Shown piece by piece: positions 1 through 8,152 of a DNA stretch of 64,000 nucleotides (its first letter is position 1; each line of letters opens with the position of its first letter). Made by a program: the position numbers and the translations under genes. Origin of the DNA: Candidatus Jorgensenbacteria bacterium GW2011_GWB1_50_10 (lineage in GTDB: Bacteria; Patescibacteriota; Minisyncoccia; UBA6257; GWB1-50-10); contig LCQK01000001.1 in assembly GCA_001004105.1 (NCBI GenBank), positions 38,928 through 102,927 on the forward strand, given 5' to 3'. Under the pieces are notes generated by a model. It was not told the origin of the DNA. It did no database searches and saw only the letters and a list, made by a program, of their open reading frames with translations.

Positions 1-2
1 GG

Positions 3-122
3 TTGGAGCAGATGGGGCTCCGAGCGACCGCCTTGGAAGACGAGGAGTTGGTAGAACTTTTCTACAATCTTTACAATCCCCAACTTGTCGAGAAAAAAGG
101 ACTGGAAATCGCCAAACAATAA
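3..122 (+). CDS. 3' end of an upstream CDS entering the window (C-terminal ~40 aa only: ...LEDEELVELFYNLYNPQLVEKKGLEIAKQ*)
   Basis: Open frame from window edge to TAA at 120-122, immediately before the ATG of the next gene; product not identifiable from the fragment. Confidence 0.25.
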   Translation: MEQMGLRATALEDEELVELFYNLYNPQLVEKKGLEIAKQ

Positions 123-123
123 A

Positions 124-1881
124 ATGGCCGAAAAAATAAAAATACCGAAATCTTACGAACCGGGGCAAGAGGACTTGCCGAACGTGATTGCGCCGGCCGG
201 CATGGAAGTGAATTCCAACTACCTTAAAGTCGGCGATTATTTCGCCAAGACATTTTTCGTCTTCACTTACCCTCGCTACGTCGCGAGCGGCTGGTTCTCG
301 CCGGTCATCAATCTCGCCGAGATGATGGATATATCGGTTTTCGTTAACCCAATGGACACGGCTCTCGCCTTAAGAAATCTCCGCAAAAAAGTGGCGCAGG
401 TTGAGGCGGAAATCGCCGAAAAACAGGAGAAAGGCGTGGTCCGCGACCCGGTCTTGGAAACTGCCTACCAGGATATTGAAAACCTCCGCGACTCTCTCCA
501 GCAGGCACGGGAGAAGCTTTTTGAGGTCGGCGTCTATATCACGATTTACGGCTCCTCTCTCGAAAATTTAAGCAAACTGGAAAACACGATTGAGAATCTT
601 CTGGAGAGCAAACTAGTTTACATTAAACCCGCTCTTTTCCGGCACCTGGAAGGATTCAATTCGGTACTCCCGATCGCCCAAGACGATTTGAACGTCCATA
701 CACCCCTTAATTCCGGCCCAACCTCCTCTCTTTTCCCATTCATCTCGCCGGACCTCACCTCGGATAAGGGCATTCTTTATGGCGTGAACCTCCACAACAA
801 TAGTTTGGTGATTTTCGACCGGTTTTCCTTGGAGAACGCGAACAGCGTTGTTTTCGCAAAATCCGGCTCGGGCAAATCCTACGCCACCAAACTGGAAATT
901 ATCCGCTCGCTCATGGTGGATACGAACGTAATTGTGATTGACCCGGAAAACGAATATCAGAATCTCGCGAACGCCGTAGGCGGTAGCTACTTCAAAATTT
1001 CCTTAACTTCGCCAAATCACGTGAATCCCTTCGACATCCCGATTATCCCCCAGGGCGATGAACCGGCCGACGTTTTCAAATCCCATATTTTGAACCTGAC
1101 CGGCCTTGTGAAGTTGATGTTGGGCGAAGTATCACCCGAAGAAGACGCGCTTTTGGACCGAGCGATTACCGAAACCTACGCTTCGCGCGACATCACCGCC
1201 GAAAATTTTGGGAAAATTACGGAACTGCGGCCGCCGCTTTTGGAGGATTTGCAGACGATTTTGCAGAACACCGAAGGCGGCCGGACGCTTGCCCAGCGTT
1301 TGGATAAATTCACCCACGGGTCCTACGCCGGGTTCACCAACGCGCCGACCAACATTGACATTAAAAACCGTCTCATTGTTTTTTCAATCCGCGATTTGGA
1401 GGAAGAACTGCGGCCAATCGCGATGTACATCGTTTTGAACTTTGTTTGGAATCTTGTCCGAGCCGAGCTTAAACGCCGACTACTGATAATAGACGAGGCC
1501 TGGTGGATGATGAAATACAAAGACAGCGCTTCTTTCCTATTCGGCCTCGTAAAGAGGGCAAGAAAATATTTCCTGGGCGTCACCACCATTACCCAAGACG
1601 TGGAGGACTTCCTGCGTTCCGATTTCGGCCGGCCGATTGTCACCAACTCGTCGCTTCAGTTTCTAATGAAACAGTCGCCGACCTCCATCAACTCCGTTGC
1701 CCAGGCCTTCAATTTAACCGAGGGCGAAAAAGCGTTTCTCCTTGAATCGGCGGTCGGGGAAGGACTATTTTTCGCCGGGTTAAAACATGTGGCCTTGAAA
1801 GTCATCGCTTCCTACACCGAGGACCAGATTATCACCACTGACCCCGAACAAATTTTGGAGATGAAAGGAATTAAAAAATAG
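124..1881 (+). CDS. VirB4/TraC-like conjugation/type IV secretion ATPase (start corrected from track 85 to ATG at 124, MAEKIKIPKSY..., to avoid overlap with upstream gene end)
   Basis: Walker A AKSGSGKS and Walker B LLIIDEAWWMM motifs, ~590 aa length, overall VirB4/TrbE/TraC family resemblance; first gene of a five-gene plus-strand operon. Confidence 0.75.
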   Translation: MAEKIKIPKSYEPGQEDLPNVIAPAGMEVNSNYLKVGDYFAKTFFVFTYPRYVASGWFSPVINLAEMMDISVFVNPMDTALALRNLRKKVAQVEAEIAEKQEKGVVRDPVLETAYQDIENLRDSLQQAREKLFEVGVYITIYGSSLENLSKLENTIENLLESKLVYIKPALFRHLEGFNSVLPIAQDDLNVHTPLNSGPTSSLFPFISPDLTSDKGILYGVNLHNNSLVIFDRFSLENANSVVFAKSGSGKSYATKLEIIRSLMVDTNVIVIDPENEYQNLANAVGGSYFKISLTSPNHVNPFDIPIIPQGDEPADVFKSHILNLTGLVKLMLGEVSPEEDALLDRAITETYASRDITAENFGKITELRPPLLEDLQTILQNTEGGRTLAQRLDKFTHGSYAGFTNAPTNIDIKNRLIVFSIRDLEEELRPIAMYIVLNFVWNLVRAELKRRLLIIDEAWWMMKYKDSASFLFGLVKRARKYFLGVTTITQDVEDFLRSDFGRPIVTNSSLQFLMKQSPTSINSVAQAFNLTEGEKAFLLESAVGEGLFFAGLKHVALKVIASYTEDQIITTDPEQILEMKGIKK

Positions 1882-1882
1882 C

Positions 1883-2257
1883 ATGGAAGAAGACAATAAA
1901 TTTACGGAAAGCGAGATGATTGTGGGAGGATTATTCGCTCTCGGTGTTGACGGCGTCTGCGCGCTTATTGATTTTACCGGCGTCGGCACCGCCGTCTCGC
2001 CGGTTATCCAGGGGTTTGCAACCTTTGCGATAGACAGATGGGTGGACAGTAAAGGCGGGGAAGTAATGGGTTTAGGAAAACAATTTGCCCAATATTCTGC
2101 CGGGGTAATTCCTCTCGTACCCACTACCACGGGTATTTTTGCTATAAGGGTTTTTATGCACAATCATCCAACGATTACTGAGGTGGCCGGAAAAGTTGTC
2201 GGTAAAATAGAGCCAGCTGCCGGAGCGGCGAGTAAAACATTAAAGAAAGCGGCATGA
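1883..2257 (+). CDS. Small glycine-rich membrane protein, second gene of the VirB4 operon
   Basis: Starts 2 nt after the VirB4 stop; hydrophobic Gly/Ala-rich segments; no recognisable family. Confidence 0.4.
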   Translation: MEEDNKFTESEMIVGGLFALGVDGVCALIDFTGVGTAVSPVIQGFATFAIDRWVDSKGGEVMGLGKQFAQYSAGVIPLVPTTTGIFAIRVFMHNHPTITEVAGKVVGKIEPAAGAASKTLKKAA

Positions 2258-2961
2258 GATCCAAATTTATAACTTACAACTTAAAACTCTTAACAACGAT
2301 TTTTATTGTCGTGTCATTAGTTATTGGTTATGAGTTATTGGTTGCGCCTGCTGGCGCCCAGATGCCAGCGCAGGTGCTCTTAACTTGGCAAGCCAATAAT
2401 TTTTATCCGGCTGATTACCAAGGTAAGGCACTCGCGACGCCAAAAACGCCGGTTAGCGTCTCGGCCGAGTTTTTGCGAAATGGCAAGTTCTTGGATATAT
2501 CCAAATCTAATTTCACCTGGCTTGTTGATGAAAAACTTCTCTCAAGCGGCGTGGGTCTCAAAGAAGTTGTCTTCAATGTGAATAAATCGCCCGGCGACAG
2601 TCATTTTATGAGAGTTTCCATAAACTCAAACGGCGAAATTTTTGGCAGTTCCGTCCGGGTACCGGTTTCAAAACCTATCCTCGCCCTTGAGGCTGCCTAT
2701 CCCGACGCGCTCGTGAGAGCCGGGAGCAGGGCGACGGTTGAAGCGGTTCCCTACTTTTTTAATGTCTCCTCGCTTCAGAATTTGGTCTTCTCGTGGCAGG
2801 TGGGCGACGGCAACCAAAAAGAAAGTGGGAGTGACAATGAATTGGTTTTAAATGTCGGCACGCCAACAGGCGTCGAGCCGATTACTATTTTCGGTTCGGC
2901 GAGAAATGTGAACGATTTGCTGGAGTTCGCCAGTGATAGAATAAGGTTAATTGTCTATTGA
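2254..2961 (+). CDS. N-terminally anchored secreted/exported hypothetical protein (operon member)
   Basis: ATGA overlap with previous gene; N-terminal hydrophobic helix (LLTTIFIVVSLVIGYELLVAPAGA) then a soluble domain. Confidence 0.45.
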   Translation: MRSKFITYNLKLLTTIFIVVSLVIGYELLVAPAGAQMPAQVLLTWQANNFYPADYQGKALATPKTPVSVSAEFLRNGKFLDISKSNFTWLVDEKLLSSGVGLKEVVFNVNKSPGDSHFMRVSINSNGEIFGSSVRVPVSKPILALEAAYPDALVRAGSRATVEAVPYFFNVSSLQNLVFSWQVGDGNQKESGSDNELVLNVGTPTGVEPITIFGSARNVNDLLEFASDRIRLIVY

Positions 2962-2967
2962 ATATCA

Positions 2968-3876
2968 ATGAATATCCACTGGTTATCATTAGTTAAGTTA
3001 GCCCATGCCGTCACAGTTGACGTCGGTTTCGGGGGCCCGAGCGGGGGAACCGGCGAAAACATCGCCGATTACATCAAAAATATCTACATTTATGGTGTGA
3101 GTATTGCCGGAATACTTGCCGTCGGTGTCATCGTCTTCGGCGCAATTTATTATGCGGTTTCAGGCGGCAACCCCGACAAACAAAGGGATGCGAAAAGTAT
3201 GATTACAGGCGCTCTGTGGGGGGTAGCGCTCCTCTTGGGTTCCTACTTAATCTTGAATACCATTAACCCACAGATAACCACTTTAAGCACACTGCAACAG
3301 ACAAAAACCTGCGGTTCGAGCGAAGACCCAAAAACAAGCGGTTGCGTACCTGAAGCACCAATAATAAAACCGATCTGTGGTACAAGCACAAGCACCGATT
3401 GCATACCGGCCTGCGAAACCGGGCAAAGAGCTTGCGTTATCGGTGAAGCGACTTCGACTGGTTGCGTACAATGCGCTTATCAAGTTGCCCAATGCCGTCA
3501 AACGGCTTTTAGACTATTAAGCGGACAGGACGTGGCTTGTGAGGCCGGCACCTACAAAGAAGTTTTTTTGAGTGGTCCGTACGTTGTCCCAGATTGCGGT
3601 CAAATTCCACCGGATAGCTACGCTCCCGGTTCGCCCAAAAATTGTTCAAAGGGAGTAGATGACGCCCGATTCTTCAATGCAGATGGTGTTAATTTTGAAG
3701 ATGGCGTTGCGAGAGTTGCTCCTTACTACCCAGGCGACTTAGGACCAGAACAAGCCCAGTGTGTTATCTACGCCTATATAAGATCTTTAGAGGAGAGTGA
3801 AGCCACTTCTTCAACTTCTTCAGTCCAATCATCGCGTTGGGAAAGAGCAAAATTAAACGGTTTTAAGCCTTGCTAA
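2968..3876 (+). CDS. T4SS-type (TrbC/VirB2-like) pilin-like protein with cysteine-rich C-terminal extension
   Basis: N-terminal ~100 aa NIADYIKNIYIYGVSIAGILAVGVIVFGAIYYAVSGGNPDKQRDAKSMITGALWGVALLLGSYLILNTINPQI matches the conserved two-helix pilin module of Gram-positive/CPR conjugative-type pilins; followed by ~200 aa with about 20 Cys. Confidence 0.55.
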   Translation: MNIHWLSLVKLAHAVTVDVGFGGPSGGTGENIADYIKNIYIYGVSIAGILAVGVIVFGAIYYAVSGGNPDKQRDAKSMITGALWGVALLLGSYLILNTINPQITTLSTLQQTKTCGSSEDPKTSGCVPEAPIIKPICGTSTSTDCIPACETGQRACVIGEATSTGCVQCAYQVAQCRQTAFRLLSGQDVACEAGTYKEVFLSGPYVVPDCGQIPPDSYAPGSPKNCSKGVDDARFFNADGVNFEDGVARVAPYYPGDLGPEQAQCVIYAYIRSLEESEATSSTSSVQSSRWERAKLNGFKPC

Positions 3877-3877
3877 A

Positions 3878-4975
3878 ATGAAACACACTTATAAAGTAAT
3901 AATTATCGTCGTTATTGCTATTCTTGTCGCCCTCGGCATCTATCTCGCCTGGCGGCAAATTGCGGGGCCGGCGCCGGAGGAAACGGGAACGAACGGCGGA
4001 GCGCCGACCGAAATTCAGGAAACGGTAGGAACAACAAACGGGGTGATTACAAAAATTTCCGAAAACAAGGTTTTTGATTTCTGGGTTGTGTCCGCAACGA
4101 ATGAAGTTTATTATTTCCTCCCCGACGGGAAAATTTCGCTTGCCAAAGACGGCCCGGATTTGGAAACCTCCAAACAAGTTGTCAATGCCCTAAATTTCAT
4201 TGAAGTAGCGCCGGGCGGGAGAAAAATTTTGGCCGCCTTCGGCGACCCGCTTGCGCCGCAATGGGGGATTTTTGACGTGGTGGACAAGGTTTGGCGGCCA
4301 TTGCCTGGAGAACTGCAGAACGCGACCTGGGGCACAACCGACGAAAAATTGATTGCCGCTGTCAAGAATGGGAACGATTTGAACTTGGCGGAAGCTGACC
4401 TTACCCGAACGCCGCCGGCTTACAAGATTTTAATCAAGGATTTCCGGCTGAAAAACGTGAAATTATCCTACCTGCCGGAGAACCGTTTGATTATTGCCGA
4501 GGCGCCGGCTTCAAACTACGAATCAAGCATCTGGCAGCTTGATTTGAAAACCTTGGCCCTAAATCTGATGCTCACACCCCAAAAAGGCGAGTTTATAGAG
4601 TGGTCGGCTGATAAAAATTTCGGGTTTGCCTGGAATGCTAAAGATGGTTTTACAATTTTAAAAAGTGATTTTAAAGAAGTGCTCCCAACCATCTTTGATA
4701 CCCTCCCTTCAAAATGCAGCTCGTCGGCGAATAAAATCTACTGCTTTACGCCGCAGGCCATTCCCCAAACTGCCAACTTGCCGGACGATTACTTTGATAA
4801 AAAGTTTTTCTCAATTGATGATTTGTTTACGGTTGACGAGGAAACGGGCGACACTGTGAAATCCTTGGACGGCAGCGGTCTCGGCATTGACGCCAAAAAC
4901 CCCCAAGTTCTGGGGACCAAGCTTTACTTCATAAATCGCTACGACAATTATCTCTACGAACTGGACTTAAAGTGA
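3878..4975 (+). CDS. Membrane-anchored secreted protein (possible beta-rich periplasmic domain), last gene of the VirB4 operon
   Basis: Starts 2 nt after the pilin stop; N-terminal TM helix KVIIIVVIAILVALGIYLAW then Gly/Thr-rich linker. Confidence 0.5.
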   Translation: MKHTYKVIIIVVIAILVALGIYLAWRQIAGPAPEETGTNGGAPTEIQETVGTTNGVITKISENKVFDFWVVSATNEVYYFLPDGKISLAKDGPDLETSKQVVNALNFIEVAPGGRKILAAFGDPLAPQWGIFDVVDKVWRPLPGELQNATWGTTDEKLIAAVKNGNDLNLAEADLTRTPPAYKILIKDFRLKNVKLSYLPENRLIIAEAPASNYESSIWQLDLKTLALNLMLTPQKGEFIEWSADKNFGFAWNAKDGFTILKSDFKEVLPTIFDTLPSKCSSSANKIYCFTPQAIPQTANLPDDYFDKKFFSIDDLFTVDEETGDTVKSLDGSGLGIDAKNPQVLGTKLYFINRYDNYLYELDLK

Positions 4976-5410
4976 ACCGGTGGAGAGGTGCTTGATGACG
5001 ACGCGGCGTTCGCGGCCCGTGCCGAAACTTTCGGTTTTGAGCTCCGGATGAGTGGTGATTTCCAAGTGCACCAGGCGCCGCTCATAGGCGTTCATCGGCG
5101 GCAACTCCACGTCGGTTTTGGTGAGCATCGCTTTGTGGGCGGCGGCCCGGGCGAGTTCGGAAATAAGCCGCTCTCTTTCCTTGCGGTAATAATTCAAATC
5201 CACGACGTAAGGACTGCGGTTTTCGTCTTTTACCATTAAATTCAGGAGGTGTTCCATCGCCGGCAAAACGGTCGCGGTCCGCGTCTGAATTAGGTCGTCG
5301 TCAATGAAAAGGGAGATTTTCCGGTGTTCTTCGTCAAGTTCAACCCGCGGCTCTTCAAAGCCCATGAGGGCCACTATCTTCTTAGTTTTTTGAATCAAAT
5401 CCTCGGTCAT
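4967..5410 (-). CDS. jag: Jag/KhpB RNA-binding protein (KH + R3H domains)
   Basis: R3H signature YERRLVHLEITTHPEL; located downstream of yidC as in the canonical rpmH-rnpA-yidC-jag origin cluster. Confidence 0.7.
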   Translation of the reverse strand: MTEDLIQKTKKIVALMGFEEPRVELDEEHRKISLFIDDDLIQTRTATVLPAMEHLLNLMVKDENRSPYVVDLNYYRKERERLISELARAAAHKAMLTKTDVELPPMNAYERRLVHLEITTHPELKTESFGTGRERRVVIKHLSTGSL

Positions 5411-6086
5411 GTTCCGGTTTAGGCAGCTTTTTATTGATGATAACCTGCTGGAACAAAGAAAACAAGGTTGAAGCCGACCAGTAAAGGCCGAGGGCGGAAG
5501 GGAAATTCAAAAGGATGATGAAGGTAAAAGCCGGCGCCATGTACATCGTTATTTTGGCGGGGGAAGCGAAAACGGTCTGTCGTTCTTGGGGATAAGCGGG
5601 ACGTGATGCCACCATGCTCATTCTTCCCAAAAAATATTGGAGCAGAGCGGCAATGACCGCGAGAGCCAAGCTTTTGGAACTCAAATCCAAAATTCCAAAA
5701 AAGCTGTGGCTCATGAAAGCGCTGCTACCGAGCTCTTTTAGGAGTACTTGATAGAGCGCAATTAAAATCGGCAGTTGGACCAAAAGCAGGAGAAACCCGG
5801 AGAAGGGATTTAAGCGGTGTTTTTTATAGAGCTCGAGGAGGGCTTGAGCCTGGCGTTCTTTGTCGGCCTTGTGGTCCAGTTGGATTTTCTGAATATGGGG
5901 TTGGAGCCGCTGCATTAAACTCTGGTCCTTGGCGCCTTTATAAAAAAGCGGAAAAAGAATTATCCGCACAAAAAACGTAAGGAGGATTATAGAGAGACCC
6001 AGGTCGTTGAAAGCTATATTGTCGTAGATGAAAACGAGAACCGCAAGAATTGGTTGGTATAAATAAGTGTTGAAAAGATTAATCAT
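5382..6086 (-). CDS. yidC: YidC/Oxa1 membrane protein insertase (short form)
   Basis: Multi-TM protein with conserved YidC core (FPLFYKGAKDQSLMQRLQP...NPFSGFLLLLVQLPILIALY); gene order. Confidence 0.85.
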   Translation of the reverse strand: MINLFNTYLYQPILAVLVFIYDNIAFNDLGLSIILLTFFVRIILFPLFYKGAKDQSLMQRLQPHIQKIQLDHKADKERQAQALLELYKKHRLNPFSGFLLLLVQLPILIALYQVLLKELGSSAFMSHSFFGILDLSSKSLALAVIAALLQYFLGRMSMVASRPAYPQERQTVFASPAKITMYMAPAFTFIILLNFPSALGLYWSASTLFSLFQQVIINKKLPKPEHDRGFDSKN

Positions 6087-6325
6087 TTTATTTTCTCCCG
6101 GATTTCTTTTCTAAGCTCGGTGAATGTGAGGTTCACGGCGCCGGGACGGGCGACTACGAGAAAATCCCCGTTTTTATCCTTCAAAATCGGTCTCATTATA
6201 ACTCGCAGGCGTCTCTTCAAGCGGTTGCGGATGACCGCTTTTTTTGATACTGCCGCTCCAACCGCCAAAAAAAGCCGCTTCGCCTGCGACCCTTTTGGTT
6301 TCGTTTTTACGACCAAATTGGACAT
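6083..6325 (-). CDS. rnpA: RNase P protein component
   Basis: RNR motif region VIRNRLKRRLRVIMR; directly downstream of rpmH. Short (80 aa), N-terminus may be misassigned. Confidence 0.75.
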   Translation of the reverse strand: MSNLVVKTKPKGSQAKRLFLAVGAAVSKKAVIRNRLKRRLRVIMRPILKDKNGDFLVVARPGAVNLTFTELRKEIREKIK

Positions 6326-6334
6326 TAATAAAGA

Positions 6335-6472
6335 TTAGAGTGCAAGCCGGTGTCTTCCCTTTCGCCGCCTTCTCTTTAAAACGGCGCGGCCGCCGGCGGT
6401 CGCTTGCCTCTTTAAAAAGCCGTGAGTTGACTTTCTCTTTCTTTTCTTGGGCTGGTAAGTTCTTTTGGGCAT
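6335..6472 (-). CDS. rpmH: 50S ribosomal protein L34 (not in ORF track, <60 aa)
   Basis: Hand translation of minus strand: [45 protein letters not shown], matching L34 consensus MKRTYQPS.RKR..THGFR.RM.T..GR.V...RR.KGR..L; ATG at 6472-6470, TAA at 6337-6335. Confidence 0.8.
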   Translation of the reverse strand: MPKRTYQPKKRKRKSTHGFLKRQATAGGRAVLKRRRRKGRHRLAL

Positions 6473-6623
6473 TATTTAAGAAAACACTTTTGATAATTTA
6501 TTGCAAGAGCGGCGGCAAAAACCTCTCCACAACTTATTCACAATTAAAACACAAAATTGATTTATCATCAATGTTGCAACAAGTCTGAATATCCCTATCA
6601 TTAAAACCAAGCTTTTTATTCTT
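6473..6623. other. Candidate oriC segment 1 (rpmH-dnaA intergenic, AT-rich, degenerate DnaA boxes)
   Basis: Classical rpmH<- ->dnaA arrangement; AT-rich; DnaA-box-like 9-mers TTATTCACA, CTCTCCACA, TTATCATCA. Confidence 0.4.
6574..6601 (+). promoter_or_regulatory. Putative sigma70-type dnaA promoter (TTGCAA -16 nt- TATCAT)
   Basis: -35-like TTGCAA at 6574-6579 and -10-like TATCAT at 6596-6601 with 16-nt spacer, 22 nt upstream of dnaA ATG. Confidence 0.3.
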
Positions 6624-7994
6624 ATGGACCCGAAAGAAATTTGGCAAACGGTATTAGGCGAAATCGAACTTCAAATCTCGAGGCCAAATTTCTTAACGTG
6701 GCTCAAACAAAGCGAGCTCCTGAGCCGCGACGAAAAAGAAGGAACGGCCTTCGTGGGACTGCCGAATAATTTCGCTAAAGAGTGGGTCAAGAACCGCTAT
6801 CATAAAATAATATTAGGTTCACTCCGAAATATCGACGGCTCAATAAAGAACATCAGTTATGTTGTCGTCAACAATCAAAACCCGAGCGCGGCTGTTCTGA
6901 AAAAAACCAGGCTTGCAAAATCAATGACGCCGCAGGCAGCCTTGATAGAGGTTAAAATTGACCCGAAAACGAATTTGAATCCCAAATACACTTTGGAGTC
7001 TTTTGTTGTCGGCTCGTCGAACGAACTGGCGTACGCCGCAATCCAAGCAATAACCAAAGAAGTCGGCCGAAAATACAATCCGCTTTTCGTCTACGGCGGC
7101 GTGGGTCTGGGAAAAACTCATCTCCTTCAGGCCGGCGGCAACGAGATTCAAAAAAATCACGAAAACAAAAATGTCCTCTACGTCACCTCAGAAAAATTCA
7201 TTAATGACGTTGTTTGGTCCATCCGCAACAAAAGAATGGAGGATATGAAGAAAAAATACCGCGATGTTGATGTCTTGATAATCGACGACATCCAATTCAT
7301 CGGCGGCAAACCCTCAACCGAGCAGGAGTTTTTTTACACCTTCAATGTCCTCTACGAAAACTCCAAGCAAATAATCATCTCTTCCGACCGGGCGCCAGCC
7401 GCCATCCCCACCTTAGAAGAGCGGTTGAGGAGCCGTTTCGAAGGCGGCATGATAGTGGATATCGGCTATCCGGATTACGAGATGCGGCTTGCCATCTTAA
7501 AAACCAAAGTCCTGGAGCATGGGTGGTCGGTTATGGAAAAAACACTGGAATCAGTTGCCGCGAAAGTTCAAAGGAACATCCGGGAATTAGAAGGAGTTTT
7601 GAATAAAGTGGTTTTTTATGAGCAGTATAAAAACGAAAAAATCGACGCCAAAAAACTTGACGAGATTATCAGCGAAACGACGCAGCTTGCGGCTAGAAAC
7701 ATCACTGCTGGCAATGTTCTAAGCGTCGTTGCCGAATTCTTTGAGGTTTCCCCAAATGATTTGGCTGGCCGAAGTCGGAAAAGTGAGGTGGTGGAACCAA
7801 GACAAATCTGCATGTACCTCCTCCGTGACATCTTGAAACTATCCTATCCTCACATCGGCGAAAAACTCGGGCACCGCGACCACACTACTGCCATCCATGC
7901 CTGCGAAAAAATAACGAGGGATGTAAATCAAAACCCAACACTTAACCAAAAAATAATGCTCATTAAGGAGAGGTTGTATAAAAACGGGGGATAG
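6624..7994 (+). CDS. dnaA: Chromosomal replication initiator DnaA
   Basis: AAA+ Walker A GGVGLGKTHLL, Walker B LIIDDIQF, C-terminal DnaA DNA-binding helix region; followed by dnaN. Confidence 0.95.
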   Translation: MDPKEIWQTVLGEIELQISRPNFLTWLKQSELLSRDEKEGTAFVGLPNNFAKEWVKNRYHKIILGSLRNIDGSIKNISYVVVNNQNPSAAVLKKTRLAKSMTPQAALIEVKIDPKTNLNPKYTLESFVVGSSNELAYAAIQAITKEVGRKYNPLFVYGGVGLGKTHLLQAGGNEIQKNHENKNVLYVTSEKFINDVVWSIRNKRMEDMKKKYRDVDVLIIDDIQFIGGKPSTEQEFFYTFNVLYENSKQIIISSDRAPAAIPTLEERLRSRFEGGMIVDIGYPDYEMRLAILKTKVLEHGWSVMEKTLESVAAKVQRNIRELEGVLNKVVFYEQYKNEKIDAKKLDEIISETTQLAARNITAGNVLSVVAEFFEVSPNDLAGRSRKSEVVEPRQICMYLLRDILKLSYPHIGEKLGHRDHTTAIHACEKITRDVNQNPTLNQKIMLIKERLYKNGG

Positions 7995-8152
7995 ATTGGT
8001 AATTAGTAACTAGCAACTTGTAACTGGTAATTTATTATCAACAACCCATAAAGTACTTTCTAAAAGTTATAAACAATCAGGGCTTACGAATTACTAATTA
8101 CAAATTACTAATTTCCAACTTATCCCCTTACCAACACCAACTACTACAACTA
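7995..8152. other. Candidate oriC segment 2 / DNA unwinding element (dnaA-dnaN intergenic, AT-rich with short tandem repeats)
   Basis: Repeats taattagtaac/tagcaac/ttgtaac/tggtaat and attactaattacaaattactaatt; DnaA-box-like TTATCAACA and TTATCCCCT. Confidence 0.35.

Noticed and set aside
85-123. Track start of the VirB4-like ORF at 85 (MSRKKDWKSPNNK...)
   Set aside because: Those 13 codons overlap the 3' end of the upstream gene, which ends at TAA 120-122. ATG at 124 (MAEKIKIP...) gives a non-overlapping start.
1132-1745. Several 60-110-aa ORFs on both strands inside the VirB4-like gene, and similar nested ORFs inside dnaA, polA, PBP1A, ileS and others
   Set aside because: All are embedded within long conserved genes in other frames or strands. 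No independent support.
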